Part shown: piece by piece, positions 17,155 through 25,200 of the stretch | How the letters are laid out: the number at the start of each line of letters is the position of its first letter | How positions within the stretch are numbered: the first letter of the stretch is position 1 | Source of the DNA: an uncultured Candidatus Saccharibacteria bacterium | GTDB taxonomy: Bacteria; Patescibacteriota; Minisyncoccia; Minisyncoccales; JANBVM01 | Assembly (NCBI GenBank): GCA_964435835.1 | Contig: CAYSZX010000006.1 | Location: forward strand, 1-39,717 | Length of the DNA stretch: 39,717 nt | Direction of reading: 5' to 3' | Position numbers and translations under genes: made by a program | The notes under the pieces: model-generated | What the model saw: only the letters and a program-made list of their open reading frames with translations | Database searches by the model: none | Told to the model about the DNA's origin: nothing

Positions 17155-18570
17155 ATGTCTAAACTTAAATTTCAAAGCTTAAAAGGAATGAGAGATATTC
17201 TTGGTGATGATCAAGAATATATGGAAAGAATTTACAAAGTAGGTAAAAAAATAGCTGATTATTATGGTTTTAAAAAAATAGAGACACCTGTTTTAGAAGA
17301 AACAGAACTTTTCAATAAAGGAACAGGAGAAGATACTGAAGTGGTTCAAAAGGAAATGTATTCTTTTAAGACTAAAGGGGGTGATAAGGTGTCTTTAAGA
17401 CCGGAAGCAACACCTCCAATTGTTAGGTCTTACCTTGAACACGGGATGAAAAGTGAGCCCAGCCCTACTAAACTTTGGTATTTTGGCCCAATGTTCAGGT
17501 ATGAACAACCCCAAGCTGGGAGATATCGTCAGTTTTATCAATTTGGACTAGAAACCTTAAGAGAGGGAGATCCTGCAAGGGATGCAGAGACTATTGTTGT
17601 TATGTATAAGATATTGGAAAGATTAAAAATTAAGAATTTAGTTGTTGAAGTTAATAGTATTGGTGATAAATGTTGTCGTCCCGATTATGTTAAGGCTTTA
17701 ACTAAATATTTGAAATCTAAAAAGCATTATTTATGTTCTGATTGTCTTGATAGATTAAAAAGAGGCAGTCCTTTAAGAGTTTTGGACTGTAAAAAGAAAA
17801 AATGCAGAGTGGTTGTTTCGCAGGCTCCAAAAATTATAGATAATCTCTGTAAAGATTGCCATAAACACTTTAAGGAAGTATTGGAGTTTTTAGAAGAATT
17901 AGAAATTCCTTATGTTTTAAACCCTTATCTTGTAAGAGGCTTGGATTATTACACGAAAACTGTTTTTGAAATTTTTACTACTACTCAAAGCAAGGAAGAA
18001 GAAAAGGAAGAAAAGGAAGAAAAAGACGAAGAAAAAGAAGATAAAGACGAGAAGAAAAAAGAAGAGAAGGAGGAAGATAAAAAAGAAAATGAAAAGGAAG
18101 ATGAAGAAGAGAAGAAAAAAACAAATAGGCTTGCCCTAGGCGGAGGAGGAAGATATGATCGCTTAATTAAGATTTTAGGTAGTAATAAAGAGAAGAATAC
18201 TCCTGCTGTTGGCGCAGCCTTAGGGGTTGATAGAATAATGGAATTAATGCAAAAACAGGACATTGATCTTTATGCAGGAAAAAAACCAGAGATTTTCTTA
18301 GCTCAAGTTGGTTCTTTAGGCAAAAGAAAATGCTTAAAATTAAAAGGAGAATTTATGAAAGCAAGAATGCCAATTTTAGAAGCCTTTGGTAAAAATTCCT
18401 TAAGATCGCAACTAAAAATAGCTGATGAGCAAGACGTGAAATATACTTTAATTCTAGGACAGAAAGAAGCTTTAGATGGAATTATTCAAGTTCGAAACAT
18501 GGATTCAGGTAAACAAACTAAAGTTAAATTAGATAAGATTGTTGATAAAATGAAAAAGAAATTAAAATGA
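17155..18570 (+). CDS. hisS: Histidine--tRNA ligase with a charged insertion
   Basis: KGMRD, KEMY, LRPEAT, FRYEQPQAGRYRQFYQ, LVRGLDYYT, GGGRYD, anticodon-binding domain. Confidence 0.97.
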   Translation: MSKLKFQSLKGMRDILGDDQEYMERIYKVGKKIADYYGFKKIETPVLEETELFNKGTGEDTEVVQKEMYSFKTKGGDKVSLRPEATPPIVRSYLEHGMKSEPSPTKLWYFGPMFRYEQPQAGRYRQFYQFGLETLREGDPARDAETIVVMYKILERLKIKNLVVEVNSIGDKCCRPDYVKALTKYLKSKKHYLCSDCLDRLKRGSPLRVLDCKKKKCRVVVSQAPKIIDNLCKDCHKHFKEVLEFLEELEIPYVLNPYLVRGLDYYTKTVFEIFTTTQSKEEEKEEKEEKDEEKEDKDEKKKEEKEEDKKENEKEDEEEKKKTNRLALGGGGRYDRLIKILGSNKEKNTPAVGAALGVDRIMELMQKQDIDLYAGKKPEIFLAQVGSLGKRKCLKLKGEFMKARMPILEAFGKNSLRSQLKIADEQDVKYTLILGQKEALDGIIQVRNMDSGKQTKVKLDKIVDKMKKKLK

Positions 18571-18896
18571 AAGATTGTATTTTTTGTAAAATAGCAAATA
18601 AAGAGGAAGAATCTGAAATTATTTTTGAAAATGATAATTTTATTGCTTTTGAAGATATTAATCCGAAAGCTCCGATTCATTATTTGTTAGTTACTAAAGA
18701 GCATATAGAGTCAATTAATCATTTAGATGAATCAAATAAAGAATTAATAGGCGAAATGATCTTGACGGCTAAGGAAATAGTCGATAAGCTTGGAATTAAA
18801 GATAAAGGTTATAAATTAAAATTTAATGTAGGAAGAGGAGGAGGACAAATGGTCGATCATCTTCATTTACACATTTTAGGAGGTTGGAAAAAATAA
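18567..18896 (+). CDS. Histidine triad (HIT) nucleotide-binding protein
   Basis: DCIFCKI, DINPKAP.H, GQMVDHLHLH. Confidence 0.95.
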   Translation: MKDCIFCKIANKEEESEIIFENDNFIAFEDINPKAPIHYLLVTKEHIESINHLDESNKELIGEMILTAKEIVDKLGIKDKGYKLKFNVGRGGGQMVDHLHLHILGGWKK

Positions 18897-18898
18897 TT

Positions 18899-19114
18899 AT
18901 GGCTTTAAAAATTGAAAAAAAAGAAAAACAAAGTTCAAGAGGTTTAATTCGTGATTTTAGCAGACGCGTCAGAAGAAGCGGTATTTTAGCAAGAGCAAAA
19001 AAGAAAAAATACCACAAAAGAGAAAAGTCTAACCAAATTAAAAAGGACAAGGCTTTGAGAAAGATCGAAAAGATCAAGCACTACAAAAAAATGAAAAAAT
19101 TAGGAAGACTATAA
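18899..19114 (+). CDS. rpsU: 30S ribosomal protein bS21 (divergent)
   Basis: Basic 71-aa protein with IRDFSRRVRRSGIL, in HIT-rpsU-yqeY synteny; ATG at 18899. Confidence 0.8.
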   Translation: MALKIEKKEKQSSRGLIRDFSRRVRRSGILARAKKKKYHKREKSNQIKKDKALRKIEKIKHYKKMKKLGRL

Positions 19115-19118
19115 TCGA

Positions 19119-19613
19119 ATGCTAAAAGAACAAATAAAAAAAGATTTTAAGGAAGCTTTTAAAAATCAGAAAAAAGATAAGATTTCTGTTTTGAGAATGT
19201 TGAAAGCTGATATCACCAAGAAAGAACAAAATAAAAGATATCAAATTGCTCAAGAAAAAGAAGATTTAAGTGAAGAACAATTAAAAGAAGAAAGTGCTTT
19301 GACGGACGAGGAAGTTTTGGGCGTTATCACTTCGAAAATCAAAAAATCAAAAGAATCTATTAAGGAGTTTGAAAAAGGAGACAGAAAAGATTTAATTGAA
19401 AAAGAAAAGAAAGAAATAGAAATATTAGAAAAGTATTTACCAGAACAGCTTTCCGAAGAAGAACTGGAAAAAATTATTAAGGAAACAGTTAAGGAAGTTG
19501 GGGCCGAAGAAATGAAAGATATGAGTAAGGTGATGTCTAAATTAATGCCTAAAGTTAAAGGAAAGGCAGAAGGTTCTGTAGTTGCTGAAAAAGTAAAAAG
19601 TATTCTTTCTTAA
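19119..19613 (+). CDS. yqeY: GatB/YqeY domain protein
   Basis: LRMLKA, ESIKEFEKGDRKDL..KE..EI.IL..YLPEQLSEEE, MSKVM, KGKAEG. Confidence 0.92.
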   Translation: MLKEQIKKDFKEAFKNQKKDKISVLRMLKADITKKEQNKRYQIAQEKEDLSEEQLKEESALTDEEVLGVITSKIKKSKESIKEFEKGDRKDLIEKEKKEIEILEKYLPEQLSEEELEKIIKETVKEVGAEEMKDMSKVMSKLMPKVKGKAEGSVVAEKVKSILS

Positions 19614-19618
19614 ATTTC

Positions 19619-20041
19619 ATGATTGAAGTTAATAATTTAACTTCTGAAGAAATTAATGAATCTTTTTTAAAGGAAATCGGAGGTATTGTCCTAAAAGGAG
19701 AGAGTAAAAAGGATTGGGAATTATCTATTGCTCTAGTAGAGCCAGAGGAAATCAGAAAATTAAATAGAAAGTATAGAAAAAAAGATTCTGTAACTGATGT
19801 GTTATCTTTTTTTAATAAAAATGATATTATTAAAAAAGAAACTGGCCAGTCTTTTTTGGGGGAGGTTGTTCTTTGCCCAGAAAAGATTAGAAAAAATGCT
19901 CAGGAATTTGATAATGATTTTAAAAAAGAATTATCTTGGGCTTTGATTCACGGGATATTACATCTTTTAGGTTATAATCATAAAGAAAAAGAAGAGGCCA
20001 GGGAAATGAAAGAAAAAGAAGCATATTATCTAGATTTTTAA
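19619..20041 (+). CDS. ybeY: rRNA maturation endoribonuclease YbeY
   Basis: LNRKYRKKD..TDVLSF, LGEVV, HGILHLLGYNH. Confidence 0.95.
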   Translation: MIEVNNLTSEEINESFLKEIGGIVLKGESKKDWELSIALVEPEEIRKLNRKYRKKDSVTDVLSFFNKNDIIKKETGQSFLGEVVLCPEKIRKNAQEFDNDFKKELSWALIHGILHLLGYNHKEKEEAREMKEKEAYYLDF

Positions 20042-20054
20042 ATAAACAATTTAA

Positions 20055-21260
20055 ATGTCAAAAGAGAAATTTGTTACAGGTTTGGATATAGGAACCTCAG
20101 AAGTTAAAGCTTTAATTCTTAGAAAAAGCTCCAAGGACAATTTAGAAGTTGTTGATATCTTTAGAACAAAATCATTGGGAGTAAGAAAGGGTACTATTGA
20201 TGAAGTAGACAAAACTTCTAATGTTGTTAAGAACCTTTTTTTAAAAATATCTAAAGAATTAGGCAAAGATCTTGGGTCTATTGTCGTTAATTTAAACGGA
20301 AGTCATCTTTTTGCTAAATCTTCCCATGGTCTAGTTTCTGTTTCTCGTGCTGATCATAAAATTTCAAGAGAAGACGTTCAAAGAGTTTTAGATGCAGCTC
20401 AAACTCTAAATTTGTCTTCTAATAATGTTATCTTTAATGTTCGTCCTAAGAATTTTACAGTTGATGATATGGATGATATTAGACAGCCTGAAGGTTTAGA
20501 GGGCGTAAGATTAGAAGCTGATGTTTTAGCTTTAGGAGGTTTTGGTCCTTATATTAAGAACACAGAGAAGGTTTTAAATAATATTGATTTGGAGATGATT
20601 GATAAAATTCCATCTTCAATAGCAGCAGCCAGAGCTGTCTTGACTGAAAAGCAAAAACGTTTAGGTTGTGCTGTTTTAGATATTGGAGCAGGAATTAGCA
20701 CTATTGCTGTTTTTAAAAAAGGCCATTTAATTTATTTTTCTGTTTTACCAATTGGTTCTAACGATGTTACTTCTGATATCGCTGTTGGATTAAAAATAGA
20801 TCCTGAAACAGCAGAAAGGATTAAAATTGAATTTGGTTCTTGTTCTAATCAGAAAAAAGATAAAAAGAGAAAAGTAGACATTGGTCAAGAAGAACCATTT
20901 GAATTTTCTCAAAAGTTTTTAAATAAAATAATTAGATCTAGAGTTTCGGAAATATTTGAGGAAACTAATAAGAAAATGAAAAAAGTTGTTCCTGGTAAAA
21001 TGCTGCCTTCAGGAATAGTTCTAACGGGAGGCGGAGCCAAATTGTATGGAATCGTCGGATTAGCTAAAGAGGAATTTTCTTTGTATTCTTCTCTGGGGAA
21101 ATTTGAAGGGCCACTGAAAGATGAAGATGATTTAGGTTTGGCTACTGTTTATGGTTTAGCTTTGTCGGGAATTGATTTGATGGAAGAAGAGGAAGAAGAA
21201 AGCTTCTTTGGTCAACTGGGAGCTAAAATTAAAGATTTTTTTAGTCTTTTTAATCCATAA
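20055..21260 (+). CDS. ftsA: Cell division protein FtsA
   Basis: GLDIGTS, G.RLEA, LDIGAG, AERIK, VLTGGGAKL, C-terminal amphipathic helix KIKDFFSLF. Confidence 0.95.
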   Translation: MSKEKFVTGLDIGTSEVKALILRKSSKDNLEVVDIFRTKSLGVRKGTIDEVDKTSNVVKNLFLKISKELGKDLGSIVVNLNGSHLFAKSSHGLVSVSRADHKISREDVQRVLDAAQTLNLSSNNVIFNVRPKNFTVDDMDDIRQPEGLEGVRLEADVLALGGFGPYIKNTEKVLNNIDLEMIDKIPSSIAAARAVLTEKQKRLGCAVLDIGAGISTIAVFKKGHLIYFSVLPIGSNDVTSDIAVGLKIDPETAERIKIEFGSCSNQKKDKKRKVDIGQEEPFEFSQKFLNKIIRSRVSEIFEETNKKMKKVVPGKMLPSGIVLTGGGAKLYGIVGLAKEEFSLYSSLGKFEGPLKDEDDLGLATVYGLALSGIDLMEEEEEESFFGQLGAKIKDFFSLFNP

Positions 21261-22186
21261 TGAAAAAGCCAGTCAGAATCAAAGTTATTGGGATAGGAGG
21301 TTCGGGCGGGAATGCAATTTTAAGAATGAAAAAATCCAACATTGAAGATGTTGAACTAATTGCTATTAATACCGATTATCAGGATTTAAAAAAGAGCAAA
21401 GCTGATGTTCAAATTAAGATAGGAGGCGATGTTTTACAGGGAATGGGTACAGGGATGAAACCGGAAATTGCTAAGGAGGCTGCTGAAAAAAATGAAGAAG
21501 AAATTAAAGAAGCCATAAAGGGTGCTGATTTAGTTTTGATTACTGGAGGGTTGGGAGGAGGAACTGGAAGTGGTGCTGCTCCGATTGTTGCTAAAATTGC
21601 TAAAAAGTTAGAGATTTTGACAGTTGCTATTGTAACTTTACCCTTTTCTTTCGAAGGAAGGAAAAGAAGAAAAATTGCCGAAGAAAGTAAAGATCTTCTG
21701 AAAGAAGAAGTTGATGCTTTAGTAACTATTGAAAATGATAAATTAATGGAAATTTTTGATCTAAAAACTTCTGTAGAAGATGCTTTTTGGGCTTGTGATA
21801 AAATTTTGAGAGAAACAGTTAATTCTATTTCCAGCTTAGTTTTATCTTCGGGGGTTGTTGATATTGATTTTGCTGATGTCAGATCTGTTTTAAAGGATTC
21901 GGGGACAGCTCTTTTTGGAATAGGGGTAGCTAAAGGCGAGAACAGAATTAAAAAAGCATTAAAAATGGCGATTAATTCTCCTTTTATTGATTCTTCTATT
22001 GACGGAGCAAAAGGAGTTTTATTTAATGTTTCAGGAGAAGAGATTAGTCTTACGGAAGTGGAAAAAGTAGGAAGAATGATTTCTGAAAGAGTAGATTCAA
22101 AAGCTAAGGTTGTTTTTGGTGTTGCTCAAAACAAAAAAGTCAAGAAAGGAGCCGTTAAAATTTCACTCGTTGCCACAGGTTTTTGA
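21260..22186 (+). CDS. ftsZ: Cell division protein FtsZ (no C-terminal tail)
   Basis: IKVIGIGGSGGNA, INTD, GGGTGSG tubulin motif, PFSFEG, DFADV; the protein ends at VATGF. Confidence 0.96.
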   Translation: MKKPVRIKVIGIGGSGGNAILRMKKSNIEDVELIAINTDYQDLKKSKADVQIKIGGDVLQGMGTGMKPEIAKEAAEKNEEEIKEAIKGADLVLITGGLGGGTGSGAAPIVAKIAKKLEILTVAIVTLPFSFEGRKRRKIAEESKDLLKEEVDALVTIENDKLMEIFDLKTSVEDAFWACDKILRETVNSISSLVLSSGVVDIDFADVRSVLKDSGTALFGIGVAKGENRIKKALKMAINSPFIDSSIDGAKGVLFNVSGEEISLTEVEKVGRMISERVDSKAKVVFGVAQNKKVKKGAVKISLVATGF

Positions 22187-22225
22187 TTTTCAAAGAAGTG
22201 TGGGAAAGCTCAAATTTGAAAAAAT

Positions 22226-22254
22226 TTGACGAGGTTTTTAAATAACACTAAAAT
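22226..22254 (+). promoter_or_regulatory. sigma70-like promoter for nrdDG
   Basis: TTGACG-17 nt-TAAAAT, 23 nt before the ATG. Confidence 0.65.
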
Positions 22255-22277
22255 GGAAATATAAATCATAAAAAATT

Positions 22278-25200
22278 ATGGCAAAAATAAAAAAAGTTAA
22301 GAAGAGAGATGGCGCAATAGTTGATTTTAATAAAACAAAAATTAAAGATGCTGTTTACAAAGCTATCACTGCGGTAAAGCATGGAGATGGCAAAGATTCG
22401 CAAAAAATAACTGATAAAATAACGAAGCTTTTAGAAAGAAGATTTAAAAAAGATGAAATTCCAACAGTAGAACAGATACAAGATATTGTGGAAGAGGCTT
22501 TAATTTTAGAAGGTCTGGTCGAACCGGCCAAGGCTTTTATTTTATATAGAGAACAAAGAAGAAAAGTTAGAGAAGCAGTTGAGGTCAGCGAAAAAGCAGT
22601 AGACAGAATAGATGATTATTTAGGTAAGCTTGATTGGGAAATTCAGGAAAACGCCAATATGTCTTTTTCTTTGCAAGGATTAAACCGGTATGGAATTTCT
22701 TATATTGTTAAAAAATATTGGTTAAATAAAATTTATCCTGAGGAAATTAGGAAAGCTAATCAAAGCTGTGATTTGCATCTTCATAATTTAGATACTTTAG
22801 GCTGTTATACTTTTTTTGGACGAGAAGTTGTTGTAGCGAAATTAGGCAATAAGATTAGACTGGTATCCTTAAAAAATCTTTATGATGAGATAGAAAAAAA
22901 TGAAAAGCTTTTGAGCAAAAAAGATAAAGCTTTTGCTAAGTATCCCGATAATCTTTATGTTTTAGATAGAGATGGATGGACAAGAGTTAAGAGAATGGTT
23001 AGAAAGAAGAAACATAGAGAAATGCAATTTGTTAAATCAGAACAAGGAAGAAGCATTATTGTGACTGATAATCATCCTTTTATTGTTAAAAGAAATGATG
23101 AAGAAGTAGAGGTTGAGGCAAAAGACGTTAAAGAAAAGAAAGACTCTGCTTTTTCTGCTCATATCCCTTCTTTGCTTTCTGAGGAAGAACTTTTTCAGAA
23201 AGATCATATTTTCTTGGCGGAAGAACTTTTAGAAAATAATTATCAGAAATTTTTCCTGGATGGTTTTGAGTGGCAAGATTTTCAAGAAAATTGGGGAGGC
23301 TCTTCTGATGTTGAAGGAACATTAAGTACTTCTAATAGTGCTAATAGTTTAGATAATAAATTAGAACTTTCTGAAGATTTAGGTTATTTGGTAGGTATTT
23401 TTACTGCAGATGGTCATTATGATAGTTGGAGATTAGTGATTACTAATAATGATAAGCAAATTATTAAAAAAATTAGAAGAATTTGTTCTAATTTAGGAGC
23501 TAGAACTTATATCCGAGAAAATGAGAATAAAGCTACTCAAATTGCTATTTCTTCAAGTTCTTTAAAGCTTGTTTTTGAAAAAGTATTTAAGATAAAAGCT
23601 TTAAGTAAAAATAAAAACATTCCTCTTGATGTTTTGACCTATAATAAACGTTTTATTAAGGGTTTGATTGCAGGAATTATTGATGGTGATGGTTCGGTAG
23701 ATCCTGAAAACAAATCTCATTCTGCTTCTCAGATTGTTATTAGGGTTGTTTCTAGAACAATGCTGGAACAAGTAGCTACTTTGTTGCAGTTTTTCGGAAT
23801 TGTTGCCAGAAGTGGAGCAAATATTAGTGATATTGGAAAAACAAAAACTTTTAAGGGAAAAGAAATTACTCAAAATTATCCTCTTTATCGATTAAATTTT
23901 TCCAAGAAAAAGGGAGTTGATTTTCCTTCCTTTAAATATAAGCAAGCAAGAGCAACTAAAAAAAGTTGGCGGGCAGAAGAATATGATTGGAATAAGGTTT
24001 TGAATAGTAAATTTACCAAAATTGCCGATGATACAATTTTTGATATTACTACTGATTCTTCTACTTTTCTAGCTAATGGTTTATTAGTCCATAATTGTAT
24101 GGGGTGGGATCTATATGATCTTTTAAATAAAGGATTTGGAGGAGTTTCCGAAAAATTAGAATCTAAACCTCCTAAGCATTTTGGTGCAGCTTTAGGACAA
24201 ATTGTTAATTTTCTATATACTCTTCAGGGAGAATGTGCCGGAGCTGTGGCTCTTTCCAATTTTGATACTTTATTAGCTCCTTTTATTCGTTATGATAATT
24301 TGAATTACACGCAAGTAAAGCAGGCAATGCAGAGATTTCTTCATAACATGGCTGTTCCGACTCGAGTAGGATTCCAATGCTTATCGGAGGATACTGAAAT
24401 ATTAACTGCTGAAGGTTGGAAAGGACACGAGGAAATTAAAAAAGAAAATATTATTAAGACATTTAACTTGGAAAGCGGTGAGATTGAAGACAAGAAAGTA
24501 CTTAAGATGTTTTCAAGAGACTACAAGGGTAAAATGTACAGACTAAAAAACAGAATTCAAGACCAGCTGATTTCTCCCGAGCATAGGGTTGTAAGAAAAA
24601 AGTTTAATACAGAAAATTATACATTAGAGCCAATTGAAGAAACTACAAAATTGAAATCTCCTTTTATTATTCCGATTGCTGGCAAAAATTCTAATCCTGA
24701 TACTGATATTAGTGATGAGCAAATAAAGTTAATGGCTTGGATTATTAGTGAAGGCTCTATTGAAAAACCAGGTAAAAACTATCGATCTTGTCATAGGGTT
24801 AGTATTTATCAATCTAGAATAAAGAATAAGGAGAATTATGAAGAAATAATTAATTTATTTCAACACTTTGGTTTTGAATATACTGATCGCCCTCAACTTG
24901 GTTTAGGGGAAGAAGTAAGACATCTAAGACTAAATGCCGAAAGCTCAAAGGAAATTCATCAATGGTTTGGAAGTAAAGAAAATGTTCATTTTATTCCTGA
25001 TTGCTTGTTGGATTTAAGCCAGAGACAATCGAGATTATTCTTAGAGACTTATTTAAAGGCAGATGGTAGTGAAGATTGTAAAATTGCCACTATTAGGCCG
25101 GCTTTAATTGATGATTTACAAAGAATAGTTGTTAATGCTGGTTATGGATTTACTGTTTTAAAAAGAAAACCTCTGGGGGTTGGAAAAAAATATCTTTATA

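Noticed and set aside
17985-18263. Antisense Ser/Phe-rich ORF and other short antisense ORFs inside housekeeping genes (e.g. 37409-37885)
   Set aside because: These are shadows of sense-strand codon bias and low-complexity sequence, with no independent coding evidence.
22184-22220. TGA readthrough or genetic code 25 extending FtsZ
   Set aside because: TGA is used as a normal stop in hisS, nrdD and clpB, and readthrough gives only 10 codons with no FtsZ tail motif.
22235-22270. NrdR box upstream of nrdD
   Set aside because: ACACTAAAATGG is only a partial, non-palindromic match and is explained by the -10 element.
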